The notes beneath the pieces were generated by a model, which had not been told where the DNA came from, did no database searches, and saw only the letters and a list, made by a program, of their open reading frames with translations. A DNA stretch of 64,000 nt from an uncultured beta proteobacterium (GTDB taxonomy: Bacteria > Pseudomonadota > Gammaproteobacteria > Burkholderiales > Burkholderiaceae_C), in assembly GCA_903897925.1 (NCBI GenBank), contig CAIUDG010000136.1:15734-79733 (forward strand), written 5' to 3'. A program made the position numbers and the translations under genes. Below, one piece after another: positions 54,662-64,000 of this stretch. The first letter of the stretch is position 1. Each line of letters begins with the position of its first letter.

Positions 54662-56743
54662 ATGAAAACAGTGAAAATCTCCTGGATCGATCGCCTGTTT
54701 GGCGCGGGTGCCTTGGCCCGCCGTGTCGCGGAGCTGGAAGCCGAGCTGGCGGTTCGCACCGAAATCATGAACCTGACCAGCATCGTTTCGGAAGCGGACA
54801 AAAAGGGCGATATCGTCAGCATCAATCAGAAATTCATAGATGTGTCCAAGTACGGTCGGGACGAGTTGGTGGGCCATCCGCACAGCACCACCCGCCACCC
54901 GGACATGCCCAAGGAAACCTTCCGCCAGATGTGGGCCACGATTGGGCGCGGCAAAATGTTTCGCGGCATCATCAAAAACCGCGCCAAAGACGGATCGCCT
55001 TACTATGTGGACGCGGTGGTGGCGCCTATTCTTGGCGCCGATGGCAAGCCGTTCAAATACCTCGGCGTGCGCTATGACATTACCGAGCAGGAAATTGAAC
55101 GCCAGAATGCGCGCGGCCTGCTCAACGCGATTGACGCTTCGTTTGGCTATATTGAATTTGACCTGAAGGGCGTGGTCGTCAAGGCCAATCCGATCTTCCT
55201 GAAGGCGCTGGGCTACCGCAGCGAGGAAATCGTTGGCAAGCACCACCGCATGTTTTGCGATGTGGCCATGGCCAATGCGCCAGAATATCCGCAGTTCTGG
55301 GCCAACCTCAACGCCGGCAAGGCGCAGGCCGGATTGTTCAACCGCATTGGCAAGGCCGGCAACGTAGTGACGCTGCAGGCGGTTTACTACCCGGTCACCG
55401 ACGAAATGGGGCGTGTCACCCGCATCGTCAAGATTGCCACCGATGTCACGCCAGCGGCGCAGACCGCTGCCATGCTGGAACAGGCCGTGGCGCAGGCCTT
55501 GGTGGTCACTTCGGCCGCCAGTGCCGGTGACCTGACGCAACGCATTCCCATGGACGGCAAGCAGGGACCGATTGCCGAGCTGTGTGCTGGTGTCAATGCG
55601 GTGATGGAAACCACCTCCGTGTTGTTCTCGGACGTGGCCCGGGTGTTTGGCGGCTTGGCGCGCGGGGAGCTCGGTCAGCGCATCACGCGGGACTATGCCG
55701 GCACCTTTGGCCAGTTGAAAAACGACGCCAATACCACCAGTGAAAAAGTCACCGAAATTATTGAAGATGTGGGTCGCGTGTTTTCCGGTCTGGCCAATGG
55801 CGATCTGAGCCAGCGCATCGAGCGCGAAACCCAGGGCGTGTTTGACCACCTGAAGCGCGATGCCAATAACAGCAGCCTGAAGCTGGCACAGATTATTGAG
55901 GAAGTGCGCAATGCGGCAGACGCCCTGACCGGCGCCGCCAACCAGGTCAGTGCCACGGCGCAAAGCTTGTCTCAGGCCGCCAGCGAGCAGGCCGCCAGCG
56001 TCGAGGAAACCACCGCATCGGTGGATGTCATGTCGGCATCTATCAACCAGAACAGCGACAACGCCAAGGTTACCGACGGCATGGCGACCAAGGCCAGTTC
56101 CGAGGCCAGCGAAGGCGGCGCAGCAGTGAGCCAGACCCTGCATGCAATGAAGCAGATTGCCACCAAGATCGGCATTGTCGATGACATCGCCTACCAGACC
56201 AATCTGCTGGCCCTGAACGCTGCGATTGAAGCGGCCCGGGCCGGAGAACACGGCAAGGGCTTCGCGGTGGTTGCCGCTGAGGTGCGTAAGCTGGCCGAGC
56301 GCAGCCAGGAAGCTGCCAAGGAAATCAGCGACTTGGCCGGCAATTCGGTGGCAACGGCAGAGCGCGCCGGCCGCCTGCTCGAGCAAATGGTTCCGAATAT
56401 CCAGAAGACCAGCGAGCTGGTGCAGGAAATTGCCGCTGCCAGCGAAGAGCAGAGCGGCTCGATTGTGCAGATTGCCGGTGCCATGGGACAGCTGTCCAAG
56501 GCCACGCAACAGAATGCTTCGGCGTCGGAGCAGCTCGCCGCCACCAGTGAACAGATGTCCGGTCAGGCCGAGCAGCTGCAAGACGCGGTGGCGTTTTTCA
56601 GCGCCGCCAATGGGGCGCCCAAGGCGCTGGCACGGGCCGAAGTTCGCCAGACCGATCGGCGTGCGCCGCAACTCGGGCGCACGGTGCCAGTGCTAACAGC
56701 AATTCCGGTACGCAGTGACGCCTCCAACTTCAAACCTTACTGA
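54662..56743 (+). CDS. Soluble methyl-accepting chemotaxis protein with two N-terminal PAS domains
   Basis: No TM segment. PAS modules include [32 protein letters not shown]...[10 protein letters not shown] and a second copy. HAMP-like repeats follow. The signalling hairpin is [37 protein letters not shown]. An alternative TTG start lies at 54647. Confidence 0.85.
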   Translation: MKTVKISWIDRLFGAGALARRVAELEAELAVRTEIMNLTSIVSEADKKGDIVSINQKFIDVSKYGRDELVGHPHSTTRHPDMPKETFRQMWATIGRGKMFRGIIKNRAKDGSPYYVDAVVAPILGADGKPFKYLGVRYDITEQEIERQNARGLLNAIDASFGYIEFDLKGVVVKANPIFLKALGYRSEEIVGKHHRMFCDVAMANAPEYPQFWANLNAGKAQAGLFNRIGKAGNVVTLQAVYYPVTDEMGRVTRIVKIATDVTPAAQTAAMLEQAVAQALVVTSAASAGDLTQRIPMDGKQGPIAELCAGVNAVMETTSVLFSDVARVFGGLARGELGQRITRDYAGTFGQLKNDANTTSEKVTEIIEDVGRVFSGLANGDLSQRIERETQGVFDHLKRDANNSSLKLAQIIEEVRNAADALTGAANQVSATAQSLSQAASEQAASVEETTASVDVMSASINQNSDNAKVTDGMATKASSEASEGGAAVSQTLHAMKQIATKIGIVDDIAYQTNLLALNAAIEAARAGEHGKGFAVVAAEVRKLAERSQEAAKEISDLAGNSVATAERAGRLLEQMVPNIQKTSELVQEIAAASEEQSGSIVQIAGAMGQLSKATQQNASASEQLAATSEQMSGQAEQLQDAVAFFSAANGAPKALARAEVRQTDRRAPQLGRTVPVLTAIPVRSDASNFKPY

Positions 56744-56774
56744 GAAATTGGGGCCTGCAGCGCGCGCCCCAGGC

Positions 56775-58016
56775 ATGAAGTACAGCCGCCTCTACCGTTC
56801 CTGGCTTCCGTCCATGCGTGCCGTGGCCGCCTGGGGGCCGGGCGTGCTCGTCATGCTGGCCGACACCGATGTGGGCAACATCGTTACCGCAGCACAGGCT
56901 GGCGTCGAATGGGGCTACCGATTGCTGCCGCTGATATTGGCCTTGATTCCCTTGCTCTATCTGGTGCAGGAACTGACGGTACGCCTGGGTATCTTTACCG
57001 GAATGGGCTTTGCCGAGCTGGTGTTGCATCGCTATGGCCGCGGCTGGGCCTGGTTGCTGATTGGCGGGTTGGTTATCGCCACCACCGGATCGCTGGTGAC
57101 CGAGTTCACCGGCTTTGCCGGAATCGGCGAAATTTATGGTGTGCCGCGCATGGCCACGCTGCTGCTGTCGGCGCTGGCTTTGCTGGCAATTGTGTTTCTC
57201 GGTGCCTATCGGCGGGTGGAACGGGTGGCCCTGGTGATTGGCATGTTCGAGTTGGCTTTCTTCGCGGTGGCCTGGGTGTCGCACCCGGATCTGGGGCAGA
57301 TGGAAGCGCATTGGGGCGATTTGCCTTGGACAAATCACCAGTTTCTGTACCTGGGCGCGGCGCTGATCGGCTCCACCTTCAATCCGTGGATGGTGTTCTA
57401 TCAGCAGTCGGCCATGGTCGACAAGGGCCTGGATGGCACCGACTATGCTGCCGCCAAGTGGGACACGGCTTTCGGCGCGGTGCTGACCCAGTGCTTGACT
57501 GCCGCGATTTTGATTGCCGCGGCTGCCACCCTGGGGCAGTCGCATGGCCAGGTGGAGTTGGGCAGTGTTGGGGGTATTAGCGCGGCCCTGACGCCGATTC
57601 TGGGTCCGCAGGCGGCACGCCTGGTGTTCAGCATGGGCGTGCTGGGCGCCGCCATGGTGGCGGCGATCGTCTCGTCACTGGCCATGGCCTGGGGCGTGGG
57701 CGAGGTGCTGGGCCTGCGCCGCAGGCTGGAAACCGAAGCGGGTCGGGCGCCCTGGTTTATTTTCATTTATGCGTCTTGCGTTATTACCAGCGTGCTATTG
57801 GTCTGGGAAGTGCCGGATCTGGTCTGGCTGAATGTTGCCACGCAGGTGGCGAATGCCTTTATGCTGCCGGTGATGGTGGGCATGCTGCTGCTGCTGGCGA
57901 ACCGGGCGTTGCCGCCAGCGCACCGGCTGCGCGGCGCTTATCTCTGGATATTTCTGGTGCTTGCGCTTGGCACCAGTGCTATTGGACTATGGGGCGGCGT
58001 GGCTATTTTCCTGTAA
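56775..58016 (+). CDS. NRAMP-family divalent metal transporter
   Basis: Start placed at MKYSRLY. The motif is GPGVLVMLADTDVGNIVTAAQAG. There are about 11 TM helices. Confidence 0.8.
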   Translation: MKYSRLYRSWLPSMRAVAAWGPGVLVMLADTDVGNIVTAAQAGVEWGYRLLPLILALIPLLYLVQELTVRLGIFTGMGFAELVLHRYGRGWAWLLIGGLVIATTGSLVTEFTGFAGIGEIYGVPRMATLLLSALALLAIVFLGAYRRVERVALVIGMFELAFFAVAWVSHPDLGQMEAHWGDLPWTNHQFLYLGAALIGSTFNPWMVFYQQSAMVDKGLDGTDYAAAKWDTAFGAVLTQCLTAAILIAAAATLGQSHGQVELGSVGGISAALTPILGPQAARLVFSMGVLGAAMVAAIVSSLAMAWGVGEVLGLRRRLETEAGRAPWFIFIYASCVITSVLLVWEVPDLVWLNVATQVANAFMLPVMVGMLLLLANRALPPAHRLRGAYLWIFLVLALGTSAIGLWGGVAIFL

Positions 58017-58187
58017 GGATAGCCCTACAGTGAAATCAGGCGTTGCCTATTTATCGGTGCCGCAAATCGAGGCACTATTCGTCTCAGGGGGTATGTATAC
58101 AACGCACCAACCAGAGCACTATGCCAGTGGTTCGTTGCAACAGGACTTGACCAAAATTCAGTATGTGGTTTGCAACGGAGAATGCCG

Positions 58188-59993
58188 ATGTATTCCGATT
58201 CGGACGATACCAGCAAGCGCGGGCCGACCGCCTTGCAAGCACGCAGGGACGTTCCCTGGTGGCGGCAGCCTGAGTTGCAATTTGAGCTTGCCCTGAAACA
58301 TACCATCGGCAAAGGCCAGCGCCCGGGGCTGACGCCTTACCTGATGGCATTGGCCTTGGTGGTGATCGCTACGCTGGCGCGGCAATGGCTGGCGCCGCCA
58401 GACAGCGGTTTGCAATTTGTCATGTATTTTCCGACGGTAGCACTAACGGCCATTTTCTATGGCACCGGACCCGGCCTGTTTTCGACCCTGATTTCGGTGC
58501 AACTGGCGACCTATTTTTTCTTCGCACCGTACGCTAGTTATCCATTCGAATTTCAGCACCAGACCGTGCTATCAGCCGCCGTATTTGCGATCGATGGGGT
58601 GGTGATCAGTCTGGCCATGGGGGCGATGCACCGCTATTACGTGAATTACCAGGACACCATCGGCCAGTTGCATGGTGCACTGGCCTTGAGTGAGCAGCAG
58701 GCGGCCGAGTTGCGGCGCCAGCAATTCGCGCAAGACCAGCACTCGATTGTGGCGGTCACGGATGCCAAGGGCACGATTGTTTCGGTGAACGAAAAGTTTT
58801 GCCAGATCAGCAAATATGCAGCCTCCGAATTGCTTGGTCAGAACCACCGCATACTCAGTTCGGGTTTGCATGAAAAAGCATTTTTTACCCAGATGTACCG
58901 CACCATTGCGTCCGGCGCGGTATGGAAAGGCGATATCTGCAACCGCGCCAAAGATGGCAGCCTGTATTGGGTAGCAACCACCATCGTGCCGTTTGCATCA
59001 GCGCAGGGTAAGCCGAATCGCTATGTGGCAATTCGCACCGATATCACACTGCAACGCCAACAGTTTCTGGATCTGGCGGACCGCGAATTGCGCTATCGCA
59101 GCGTGGTGGAAACTTCGGTGGATGGTTTCATGCTGCTGAACCGGCGCGGTCGCGTGGTCGGTGTCAACGCCGCGTATAGCCGCTTGTCCGGCTATAGCAA
59201 GCAGGATTTGCTGTCCATGGGAATATCCCAGCTGGATCGGCAGTTGCGCCTGCCGGCTATCAAGGCGCAGATCCACAAAGCACTGCGTATGGGCCACGCC
59301 CGTTTTGAGTCGATGCACCGGCGCAAGAACGGCTCGGAGTGGCCGGTGGAAGTGTCCGTCAGTACCAATGGATTTCAGGGCGACATCATTGTGTTTGTGC
59401 GCGACCTGACCGAACGCCGTGAACTGGAGGCGGTGCGGGCGCAAGCCGATGCCAAGGTACGGCAACTGGCGTTTTATGACCCGCTGACCCAGCTGCCGAA
59501 CCGCCGCTTGCTGACCGATCGTCTGGAGATGGCCATGACGGCGTCCCGGCGCAGTCGCCATTTTTGCGCGGTGCTGTTCATTGATCTGGACAAGTTCAAG
59601 GAGCTAAATGACAGCCTTGGCCATGCCATGGGCGATTTGCTATTGGTGGCGGTGGCCGATCGCTTGCGTGCCTGTGTGCGCGAAGATGACACGGTGGCGC
59701 GCCTGGGTGGTGACGAATTTGTGGTGATGCTGACCGAGCTGTCCCCCGACCGCAGTCACAGCGCCGAACTGACACGCATGGTGGGACAAAAGATACTGAC
59801 TTCCCTGTGCCAGCCCTATCAGCTGATGGAATATTCCTACGCCTGCACTTGCAGCATTGGTGCGGCACTGTTCAATGGCGCGGTGGATGATATGGATGCC
59901 GTGTTCCGGCGTGCCGACAGTGCCATGTACAAGGTCAAGCAGGCGGGACGCAACGACCTGCATTTTCACGAGGCAGAAACGGTCAGTGGGTAA
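58188..59993 (+). CDS. DUF4118(TM)-PAS-PAS-GGDEF diguanylate cyclase
   Basis: GGAG lies 7 nt before the ATG at 58188. The membrane module is KdpD-type. Two PAS domains follow. The GGDEF domain has an I-site (REDDTVARLGGDEF). There is no EAL domain. Confidence 0.85.
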   Translation: MYSDSDDTSKRGPTALQARRDVPWWRQPELQFELALKHTIGKGQRPGLTPYLMALALVVIATLARQWLAPPDSGLQFVMYFPTVALTAIFYGTGPGLFSTLISVQLATYFFFAPYASYPFEFQHQTVLSAAVFAIDGVVISLAMGAMHRYYVNYQDTIGQLHGALALSEQQAAELRRQQFAQDQHSIVAVTDAKGTIVSVNEKFCQISKYAASELLGQNHRILSSGLHEKAFFTQMYRTIASGAVWKGDICNRAKDGSLYWVATTIVPFASAQGKPNRYVAIRTDITLQRQQFLDLADRELRYRSVVETSVDGFMLLNRRGRVVGVNAAYSRLSGYSKQDLLSMGISQLDRQLRLPAIKAQIHKALRMGHARFESMHRRKNGSEWPVEVSVSTNGFQGDIIVFVRDLTERRELEAVRAQADAKVRQLAFYDPLTQLPNRRLLTDRLEMAMTASRRSRHFCAVLFIDLDKFKELNDSLGHAMGDLLLVAVADRLRACVREDDTVARLGGDEFVVMLTELSPDRSHSAELTRMVGQKILTSLCQPYQLMEYSYACTCSIGAALFNGAVDDMDAVFRRADSAMYKVKQAGRNDLHFHEAETVSG

Positions 59994-60417
59994 TCACCAC
60001 CAGCACGCTGCACGGTGACTGTTCGATCAGTGAGCGCGATACGTCGTTGGACCACCAGCGTGCGGCCCAGCTGTTCTGGTGCTTGTGGCCGACCACGATC
60101 AAATCCGCCTTTCTGCTGTGCGCCATGGCGCAAATTTCGCTGACGGCATCGCCACTTACCACCTCGCCGCTGGCGCGGCAGCCCAAGGACTGTAGCCGCG
60201 TCACGCCGCGTTGAATCAGCTGCTGTGCATTTTGCAGTTCAATGTCGGGGCGGGCCAGCGGCGCGGCGACCTCAAACCAGATCGGCGCGGTCAGCAATGG
60301 AACTACCGCGATCAGGTGCAATTCGGACTGGCTCCAATGCGCGAACTCGCTCGATTCGAGCAGGGCGCGTTGACCGGATTCCGAGCCATCGTAGGCCAGC
60401 AAAATGCGTTGGTACAT
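59983..60417 (-). CDS. Universal stress protein (UspA family)
   Basis: 144 aa. Signatures are MYQRILLAYDGSE, ADLIVVGHKH and VSRSLIEQSPCSVLVV. Its 3' end overlaps the convergent cyclase gene by 11 nt. Confidence 0.85.
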   Translation of the reverse strand: MYQRILLAYDGSESGQRALLESSEFAHWSQSELHLIAVVPLLTAPIWFEVAAPLARPDIELQNAQQLIQRGVTRLQSLGCRASGEVVSGDAVSEICAMAHSRKADLIVVGHKHQNSWAARWWSNDVSRSLIEQSPCSVLVVITH

Positions 60418-60676
60418 GGTGCACTCCCAGAAGGGCTTTCAGGGCATTGTGCGCTGACGGTAAGACCTTGCTAGTGACCGCACTATTGCTGTTCAGGCGC
60501 GCGTTTCATGCCGTTCCAGCGCAGCGCGCGCCAGAGCGCCAATTCATGGACTTCGATAGTGTTAATAGGGGTCCGGCGCGCAAAGCTACCTAAAATTCAC
60601 AAGCCGTTTCGGGCGCATTTTTCCGACTTCCGGCAAAGCGCCCGCTCACGGGTGTATGACCGAATAGGAGTGCAAC

Positions 60677-60994
60677 ATGAATACCACTGAGCAGATTTTT
60701 TCCGCGTATGTCGAGTTACTGGGGCGCAACCTGGAAATCGGGGCAGGTTTTCTGGATGGCGCTAGTCGCCTTGGGCAGGAGTGGCTGGCGGTCCAGCTGG
60801 GGCTGGGCCAGCGCCTGCACGATTACAACGGCGAGCTGGTCGATGCCTGGTGCAAACAAGCCGAAATGTTCCAGCTCGGCTTGCCGCTGGATACCTCGTT
60901 TTTTCTGAGTCCGACACTGGAGCCGATCAGCAATCTGCTGTTCCCCGGTGCGCCGGCTGCGCTGGTCGGCAACGGGCTGCACCAGCCCCATTAG
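60677..60994 (+). CDS. Small hypothetical protein (105 aa)
   Basis: A strong SD (AGGAG) lies 7 nt before the ATG. The N-terminal half looks helical. No family recognised. Confidence 0.5.
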   Translation: MNTTEQIFSAYVELLGRNLEIGAGFLDGASRLGQEWLAVQLGLGQRLHDYNGELVDAWCKQAEMFQLGLPLDTSFFLSPTLEPISNLLFPGAPAALVGNGLHQPH

Positions 60995-61003
60995 GAGTAT
61001 TGA

Positions 61004-61339
61004 TTGACCCGTCCGCAAATGATTTCCCTGGCCAATTTTTGCGCTGACCAAAGTGCCGATTTTGATGCCGCTATCTGGATCAACCCGCAGGCCAGTGCCA
61101 TGCCGCGCCAGACCCTGGCCTACGCGGCGCAGTATTTGTCGATGGCCAGCTGGTATGGCTACCAAACCCAGTTGGCGGCCATTGCCGAGTTGCTGCAGCC
61201 CGGCATTGGTCAGATCGGCAACTTTATGCGGCTGGCCCGTGAAATCGGCCTGGATCTGGCCGATTTCTCTACTGCGGTGCGCTTTCTCTCGCTGGACAAA
61301 AAGCCCGCACCGGCGCCCGCACCGTTGCCACAGGACTGA
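61004..61339 (+). CDS. Small hypothetical protein (about 106-111 aa)
   Basis: GGAG lies 6 nt before a TTG at 61004. An alternative ATG is at 61019. It begins 9 nt after the previous stop. It has a Pro/Ala-rich tail (KKPAPAPAPLPQD). Confidence 0.45.
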   Translation: MTRPQMISLANFCADQSADFDAAIWINPQASAMPRQTLAYAAQYLSMASWYGYQTQLAAIAELLQPGIGQIGNFMRLAREIGLDLADFSTAVRFLSLDKKPAPAPAPLPQD

Positions 61340-61614
61340 ACGCCTGCCGGCCCGGGCTAGGCGCCTGAGCGTATGGGCGTATGGGCGTTTGCAAGATATT
61401 CCATGGCCCTTGTCGATCCAGAGAATTGGTGTTCAATGCATGTGTTATGGTTGCTGGCAAAGGATATTAGCTGAGCTATTCGCGGGGTTTGGGCCGCGTC
61501 ACGGGGAAAAATAATGGACGCCAGATGTCTCCTTCTGCCTTTGTTGGTGCGTGCCGCAGGGTCGGGGTCTGAAGTTTTGGATAACGTGGATCTGGTTTGA
61601 AGACCAAGGATTCC

Positions 61615-63900
61615 ATGCCCATTGCAGCGGCGAGTGACTGGTACCGCCTGGCGGTTTCGCGTGTCGTCCTGTTGCTGATTGCCGTGTGGATTGGCCTGTC
61701 CTGGTTTGGCGCTTCGGTGTATAGCGCGCATCTTGCCGATCAGGCGTACCGCGAAGGCCATGGGCAAACTGAAAGGCAGCTCAATGCCCTGACCGAAGAA
61801 ATTGATGGTGCGCTCAAAACCTTGCGCAACGTGCCGCAGGTCTTGTCCAGTGAATCTGCGGTGCGCTCACAGTTGCAGAAGTTCGGTATTTCAACCCAGG
61901 CCTCGCCCCTGCCATATGCGCTGCGCAAGGAACGCTGGACCGAAGCCAGCCGGGCTTCCGGGCTGACCGACTTTTTGCAGTCCATGGCGATTGGCATGGA
62001 TGCGGATGTGATCTGGCTGGTGAATGCGGCCGGTGATTGCGTAGCCTCCAGCAATGCCAGCTCCGGCAATAGCTTTATTGGTACCAACTACAGTGAACGG
62101 GAGTATTTCCGACTAGCCGCGCACGGCCAGGTCGGCCAGCAATATGCGGTGGGCAAGGTCAGCCGCATTCCTGGTCTGTTTTACTCCTATCCGGTGCACG
62201 ACGACAAAGCGCAGTTTGTCGGCGCCGTGGTGGTGAAGCGTGATATATCCGGTTTTTCGCACTGGACGCGCTCCAACAACGCTTTCATCGCCGACTCCAA
62301 TGGGGTGGTGGTGCTAAGCGAAGATGCCGAACTGATGCTGCACCAGATGCCGGACTCCTCGTTTGAGCGCCTGCCCCGCGCCACCCGGCTGGAAAAGTAT
62401 TCCAAGGAGAACTTGCCGCGTGTGCTGATGACACCCTGGGACGCCGGCTCGCTTGCCGATGTCTACGCGTTTGGCGAGCCGCCCTTGCCCACGGTGCTGC
62501 TGTCACGCGCCGCTGCGGACGGCAATATCCGCATCTATTTGCCACATTCGGTATCCGAGCTATTGCGTGTGAGCGCCGAGAAGACCTGGATCTTCCTGCT
62601 CTGCGCTTTTGCCGGATCGATGTTGATCGTGGCCAGTTATTCCGGCGTGTTGTATTTTCGTGCCAGCCGCAACGCGCGTGAACATGCGGAAAGCGCCAAC
62701 CGGGAGAAGTCCCAGTTTCTGGCGAATATGTCGCACGAGATACGCACGCCTATGAACGGTGTGATCGGCATGGCGCACTTGCTGCAGGATACGCCGCTGA
62801 ACGCCGAGCAGCAGGGCTTTGTGCGCAATATTGTGGTGTCGGGCGAGTCCTTGCTGGCCATCATTAACGACATTTTGGACCTCTCCAAAATTGAATCCGG
62901 CAAGATGGAATACGAGTTCCACCCCATGTCGGTGCCGGACGTCATGGATTCGCTGGTGACTTTGCTGGGTCTGCGCGCCAAGGAAAAAGGCATCGCGCTG
63001 CGGCTGCAGATGGACCCGGCGGCGACAGCGCCGGTGCAGGGCGACAGCCAGCGCCTGCGCCAGGTGTTGCTGAACCTGATTGGCAACGCCATCAAGTTCA
63101 CAGAGCATGGCGGCGTTGACGTGGAGGTGACGCGCACGGTGAACCAATTGCGCTTTGAAGTGACCGACACCGGGATCGGCATTCCAGCGGACAAGCAGGT
63201 CAAGCTGTTTTCCAATTTCAGCCAGGTGGATGCCTCCACTTCCAGAAAGTTTGGTGGTACCGGGCTCGGTCTGGTGATCAGCAAGCGCCTGGTCGAAGGC
63301 ATGGGCGGCACGATCGGCGTGCGCAGCGCGGATGGCACGGGCAGCTGTTTCTGGTTTGAACTGCCTTGGACTGCGGCGGCAGCGGCACCGACGCAAACGC
63401 AGACGCAGACGCCCGTCGCAACGCTGCCGGCAGCCCCCACTACAAGCACAACCACAGCCAACTCAGCCACGGTAACTCCTCCAGCCACCACGCCGGCGCC
63501 AGACCGGGCTGCGCCGGGCGCCTCCCTCTTGCTGGTGGAAGACAACCGGATCAACCAGCAACTGGCGCTGGTGTTGATCAATCGCCTCGGCTATACCGCT
63601 GACCTGGCTGAAAACGGCATTCAGGCAGTGGCTGCGTCCGCCGCCAAACGCTATTCGGTGATTTTGATGGATATGCAAATGCCGGAGATGGACGGCTTGC
63701 AGGCGACCCAGGCAATTCGCAAAGATTGCCCGTACAACCAGACGACGCCCATCATTGCCCTCACGGCCAATGCCATGCAATCGGACCGCGATGCCTGCCA
63801 GGCGGCTGGAATGGATGATTTCCTGTCCAAGCCGTTTACGCGCCAGCAACTGGCCAGCTGCCTGGAGCGCTGGCTAGCGGTCAAGGCAAGTTCTGACTAG
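61615..63900 (+). CDS. Hybrid sensor histidine kinase/response regulator with a double-Cache periplasmic domain
   Basis: AAGGA lies 4 nt before the ATG at 61615. An alternative TTG is at 61597. The layout is TM, a roughly 290-aa periplasmic domain, then TM. The H-box is [14 protein letters not shown] and the G-box is [18 protein letters not shown] low-complexity linker follows. The REC domain shows [11 protein letters not shown] and [13 protein letters not shown]. Confidence 0.85.
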   Translation: MPIAAASDWYRLAVSRVVLLLIAVWIGLSWFGASVYSAHLADQAYREGHGQTERQLNALTEEIDGALKTLRNVPQVLSSESAVRSQLQKFGISTQASPLPYALRKERWTEASRASGLTDFLQSMAIGMDADVIWLVNAAGDCVASSNASSGNSFIGTNYSEREYFRLAAHGQVGQQYAVGKVSRIPGLFYSYPVHDDKAQFVGAVVVKRDISGFSHWTRSNNAFIADSNGVVVLSEDAELMLHQMPDSSFERLPRATRLEKYSKENLPRVLMTPWDAGSLADVYAFGEPPLPTVLLSRAAADGNIRIYLPHSVSELLRVSAEKTWIFLLCAFAGSMLIVASYSGVLYFRASRNAREHAESANREKSQFLANMSHEIRTPMNGVIGMAHLLQDTPLNAEQQGFVRNIVVSGESLLAIINDILDLSKIESGKMEYEFHPMSVPDVMDSLVTLLGLRAKEKGIALRLQMDPAATAPVQGDSQRLRQVLLNLIGNAIKFTEHGGVDVEVTRTVNQLRFEVTDTGIGIPADKQVKLFSNFSQVDASTSRKFGGTGLGLVISKRLVEGMGGTIGVRSADGTGSCFWFELPWTAAAAAPTQTQTQTPVATLPAAPTTSTTTANSATVTPPATTPAPDRAAPGASLLLVEDNRINQQLALVLINRLGYTADLAENGIQAVAASAAKRYSVILMDMQMPEMDGLQATQAIRKDCPYNQTTPIIALTANAMQSDRDACQAAGMDDFLSKPFTRQQLASCLERWLAVKASSD

Positions 63901-63936
63901 ACCGCTCGTGCCAATAACCGCGTCCGCAGCGCGCGT

Positions 63937-63974
63937 ATGCCAGGCCCCGCTATGCTGCCCCTGGCATTTTTCTT
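63937..63974 (+). terminator. Candidate Rho-independent terminator
   Basis: Stem ATGCCAGG (63937-63944) / CCTGGCAT (63960-63967) with a 15-nt loop, followed by TTTTTCTT. It lies 37 nt after the stop at 63900. Confidence 0.45.
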
Positions 63975-64000
63975 CGGCCCATGAATGACAAGGACGCGAC

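Noticed and set aside
54614-56671. A 685-aa ORF antisense to the PAS chemoreceptor gene
   Set aside because: The sense frame carries an unmistakable MCP signalling hairpin and PAS domains. The antisense product has no motifs and a GC-artefact composition.
1-64000. A search for CRISPR arrays, tRNA or rRNA genes, IS elements, integrases and prophage genes
   Set aside because: I found no regularly spaced short repeats, no cloverleaf-like sequences in the intergenic regions, and no transposase-, integrase- or phage-like ORFs. The only tandem repeats are the in-frame ones inside tpsA.

Overview
High-GC proteobacterial chromosomal window. Gene content looks betaproteobacterial (Burkholderiales-like), but that is inference only. 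I support about 47 protein-coding genes. I found no rRNA, tRNA, CRISPR array, transposase or integrase. All family calls come from motif recognition by eye; no searches were run.

Content from left to right:
- A GNAT/C39-peptidase plus RimK-like ATP-grasp pair, 2533-5198.
- A 3-hydroxybutyrate utilisation module (GntP permease, bdhA, CoA-transferase) with a sigma-54 enhancer-binding protein, 5241-11197.
- A PilZ protein and a lytic transglycosylase, 13221-14939.
- A 7TMR-DISM histidine kinase and NarL-type regulator, 14947-17560. They are transcribed divergently from the next operon.
- A two-partner-secretion operon, 17680-27054. It encodes a roughly 2060-aa TpsA exoprotein and its TpsB, followed tightly by a tyrosylprotein-sulfotransferase-like gene and a dedicated APS kinase.
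- A hybrid kinase, then an M3-type [FeFe]-hydrogenase-like gene with an extra C-terminal domain and no maturases in view, then a Cache chemoreceptor, 27106-35013.
- A split YeeE/YedE pair, a GGDEF-EAL protein, a thioesterase, yghU and yebC, 35043-40625.
- A translationally coupled four-gene cassette, 40622-44668. It encodes DUF3348, a MotA-like protein with a roughly 500-aa coiled-coil tail (DUF802), a MotB/OmpA-like protein and DUF2894. The architecture resembles Zorya.
- Further c-di-GMP, chemotaxis and kinase genes, plus hppD, ubiC, an NRAMP transporter and a Usp protein, 44778-63900.

The candidates most worth follow-up are the MotAB-like long-tail motor cassette, the sulfotransferase/APS-kinase pair embedded in the TPS operon, the RimK/GNAT-C39 module, and the orphan [FeFe]-hydrogenase fusion.
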